Assembly (NCBI GenBank): GCA_965112735.1
Contig: OZ218950.1
Span: forward strand, 5,084,001 to 5,148,000
Direction of reading: 5' to 3'
Length of the DNA: 64,000 nt
Origin: Phaeosaccion multiseriatum
Lineage: Eukaryota; Protista; Ochrophyta, other classes
Position 1 is the first letter of the stretch. Every line of letters starts with the position of its first letter. Shown here piece after piece: positions 61,685 to 64,000 of the stretch. A model generated the notes under the pieces. It saw only the letters and a program-made list of their open reading frames with translations. It was not told the origin of the DNA and did no database searches. Position numbers and translations under genes: made by a program.

Positions 61685-63065
61685 ATGCGGCGAGCTCTGG
61701 TCCAGCAGATGGCTACTTTGCCATCGCGGTGCAGGCGCCCAGCGGCGGCAGGGTCGGCTTGGACGGCATGTGTCTCCCCGTTCGCTCCAGACACGCTTCG
61801 GAGTCTCTCGTTTCTTGCGGCTAGAGCTCGATACATAGAAACCAGGCAAAAAACAAGGCAGTACTACGCGAGGAAGGCTGTCCATAGGCAAGAGGAAGAG
61901 AGGAAGCTGGCGCTCCGAGAGCATCCATTGGTCCCCACAGAAATGGAGTGGGATGAGGTTGGAGAGAAGTGGTGGGCGGACAAGCAGAAGCGCAAGGATG
62001 ATTACATCAATGAGAGAAAGCGGCTGCGGCACCGGAGCAAGGCCGAGAAGCTGGCGGAGCTCAAGTACGGAGCGCAGCCCTCTCCAGCGGCTTTGAGGAA
62101 GAGAGGACGGGGCGGTGGAGGGGGTGGAGACGCGTGGAGAAGACAAGAAATTTTGACGGTGCCCACCCCACAGCAGCTCCCATATTTACTCAAGAAGAAG
62201 GGTATGGCTCGCTGGTGCGGCCTTCCAGAGAACTCTGGAAAGGTGCTCATGGGACTTGATGTGGGCGAAACTAAGTGAGTGCAGCAGCAGACAAGACGCC
62301 CTTTGAGTAATTTCGCGGAGCCCGTGGCATTGTCGAAGCCTTCGCTACCGATGTTCCTCTTTGGTCATTCATTCATCGTATCTCAAAGAGAAACTTGCCC
62401 GCCCTACAGGTTTGGAGTGGCCCTGACGGACTCTACGCGAACAGAAGTCATTCCCCTGGACCTTATCCTCCGCCGCGACAGGAAGCATAAGACAGGTATG
62501 TGTCGTTTTTCCAGAGATGGGGGAGAGATGGGAAAGGCCTTGCGCTCACATTGTACGCGCTGAACCCCTCTGGCGGCAGTCCCCAAGGAGGCTGTCTCTC
62601 GCAAGCTCATGGACGCCATCGAAGACAATCACGTGTGCGGCTTAGTGGTGGGCTGGCCCGTGGAGAAGAATGGTGACCCGGGGACGCAATGCATCAAGGT
62701 AGGAACCTGTTCATGCGGGTTGAGGTACCGGCTCGTGGTCCGGATTGACGAACCGATGGGGTCTTACTTGCCCTTCTTGCTGCTGCTGCCCCTGCTGCTT
62801 CCCCTGCACATCCTTCGCGGCAAACCTGTGGTCTTGATAGGTACTGAACTTTCTTGCCGAGATGCAGACAGTGGAGAAGCTTCCCGTACCCGTGCTTCTC
62901 ATGAACGAGACAGACTCCACCATTCTGGCCAATGAGAAGATTGCAGAGCTCAAGCTCACGCGATGGCAAGACGAGATGGAGGACAAGGTGGCTGCGGCCA
63001 TTATTCTCGAGTACTTTTTGTTCTCAGAGGACGCCATGCTGTACGGGGTGTCAGAGAGGGCGTGA
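61685..63065 (+). CDS. YqgF/RuvX-family RNase H-fold nuclease, probably organelle-targeted, multi-exon
   Basis: Motifs KVLMGLDVGETK|FGVALTD, CGLVVGWPVEKNG, PVLLMNETDST and EDKVAAAIILEYFL. The Arg-rich, acid-poor N-terminus resembles a mitochondrial presequence. Confidence 0.8.
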
Positions 63066-63157
63066 GTGAGAGTGCTACTGCTGCCCGAGGGGAAGGACAC
63101 ACGCCTCACTTTCGATGAATGAAATTCTGTTGAGCAAGTGATTCGATTTTCCCGACT

Positions 63158-64000
63158 TCAGCGGCGGTCCAGGATCCTACTCATAGGCCCGAGGAAGGCC
63201 TCGTATCTCTTCCAGCGCCCCATGGCCTTGGCGTTGACCTTGCTTCTTGTCTCCACCGCACTGTTGGAGCTGACTGCCCCGAGCACAGGCGAGCGGCTGC
63301 TCTGCTCAGGCGACATGCACTCTTCCGCCCAGGGGAGGCCCAGGAACTCCAGCAGCTCAGCCGTGACCTCTCTCTGATCCCCTCCCACCAAGCGCTCGTA
63401 GCGGATCTTGAGCACGGGCAGCCCCAGCACTTCTTCCCAGTGCTGCATGAGGTCTTCCCACAGGAGATAGTGCTTGGCGATTGCTTCCTGGTCGCAGGAG
63501 AAGGCGAGTTGGGGAGAGGCGAAGGAGCGCAGAAGGACGGACAGGCAGGCATCCATAGCGTCTCTCTCGACGAAGACGAGCTTTGCGCTGGGGAGCAGCT
63601 TGGGCACCAGCCAGGCGGACAGAATGTCCAAATTGGAGTTGCTGACCACGTGCGACACCTCCTTTTCGGTCACGTTTTGGCGCAGGAAGGTCACCAGTTC
63701 CTCGGCGAAATAGTCCACCGTGGGTTGGTCCAGCCGCGTCTGCAGGTACTCCAACACTGAGAACGTCGGGGAAGGAGGTAACAAGTTGGTTCGTGGCAGT
63801 GCATAAGCGAGGACAAATGAACTGTGGGAGTGCAGAAGACGCCAGACACGCACCCACCTGGAAGGCCGTGTTGCTTGACGCCAAGGGTCTTGATGCGGCC
63901 GGCGATCTCCTGCAGCATGCTTCGCTCTCCGTTGGAGTGCACAAGAGGGTGCCTAGAGAGGATCTGCAACAGAAGGAAGGACGTCCGGCGAACCAGCGGA
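63158..64000 (-). CDS. Sulfotransferase-family protein (TPR-sulfotransferase/Sulfotransfer_3-like), 5'-partial
   Basis: Motifs ILSRHPLVHSNGE, PSAKLVFVERDAMDACLS, LMQHWEEVL...IRYERLV, LLEFLGLPW and MGRWKRYE. The gene continues beyond the window. Confidence 0.8.

Noticed and set aside
1-64000. tRNA/rRNA genes
   Set aside because: No convincing cloverleaf or rRNA signature was seen by eye. tRNAscan-SE/Infernal would be needed to exclude them.

Overview
Gene-dense, intron-rich eukaryotic nuclear DNA, most likely a flagellated photosynthetic stramenopile (ochrophyte). This is inferred from CFAP206, a fibrillin with a bipartite plastid-type leader, and a proteasome alpha subunit with a signal peptide. 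About 19 host genes can be reconstructed, mostly in head-to-head pairs: organellar SSB, CFAP206, SEC6/EXOC3, a rhomboid, RINT1/TIP20, MED17, TMX2, a proteasome alpha-like subunit, PAP-fibrillin, ISY1, SNF4/AMPK-gamma, a PWI/RGG-repeat protein, CK2-beta, a CRAL-TRIO protein, YqgF, a sulfotransferase and several hypotheticals. Introns are filled with strand-polarised microsatellites. The most notable items are four. (1) A ~3.56 kb Crypton-type tyrosine-recombinase transposon (51263-54821) with a C-terminal PHD finger, bracketed by matching GTGGGGC-N4/5-GCCCCAC palindromes and inserted in a probable bidirectional promoter. (2) A 1.2 kb non-autonomous element (60322-61525) with perfect 27-bp TIRs, a 6-bp TSD and a nested (CCCT)n cassette. 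(3) A signal-peptide-bearing 20S alpha subunit, a candidate periplastid proteasome component. (4) Intron repeats that amplify splice-signal motifs or are mutually complementary. All family assignments come from motif recognition by eye, not database searches. Exon boundaries are approximate where stated.
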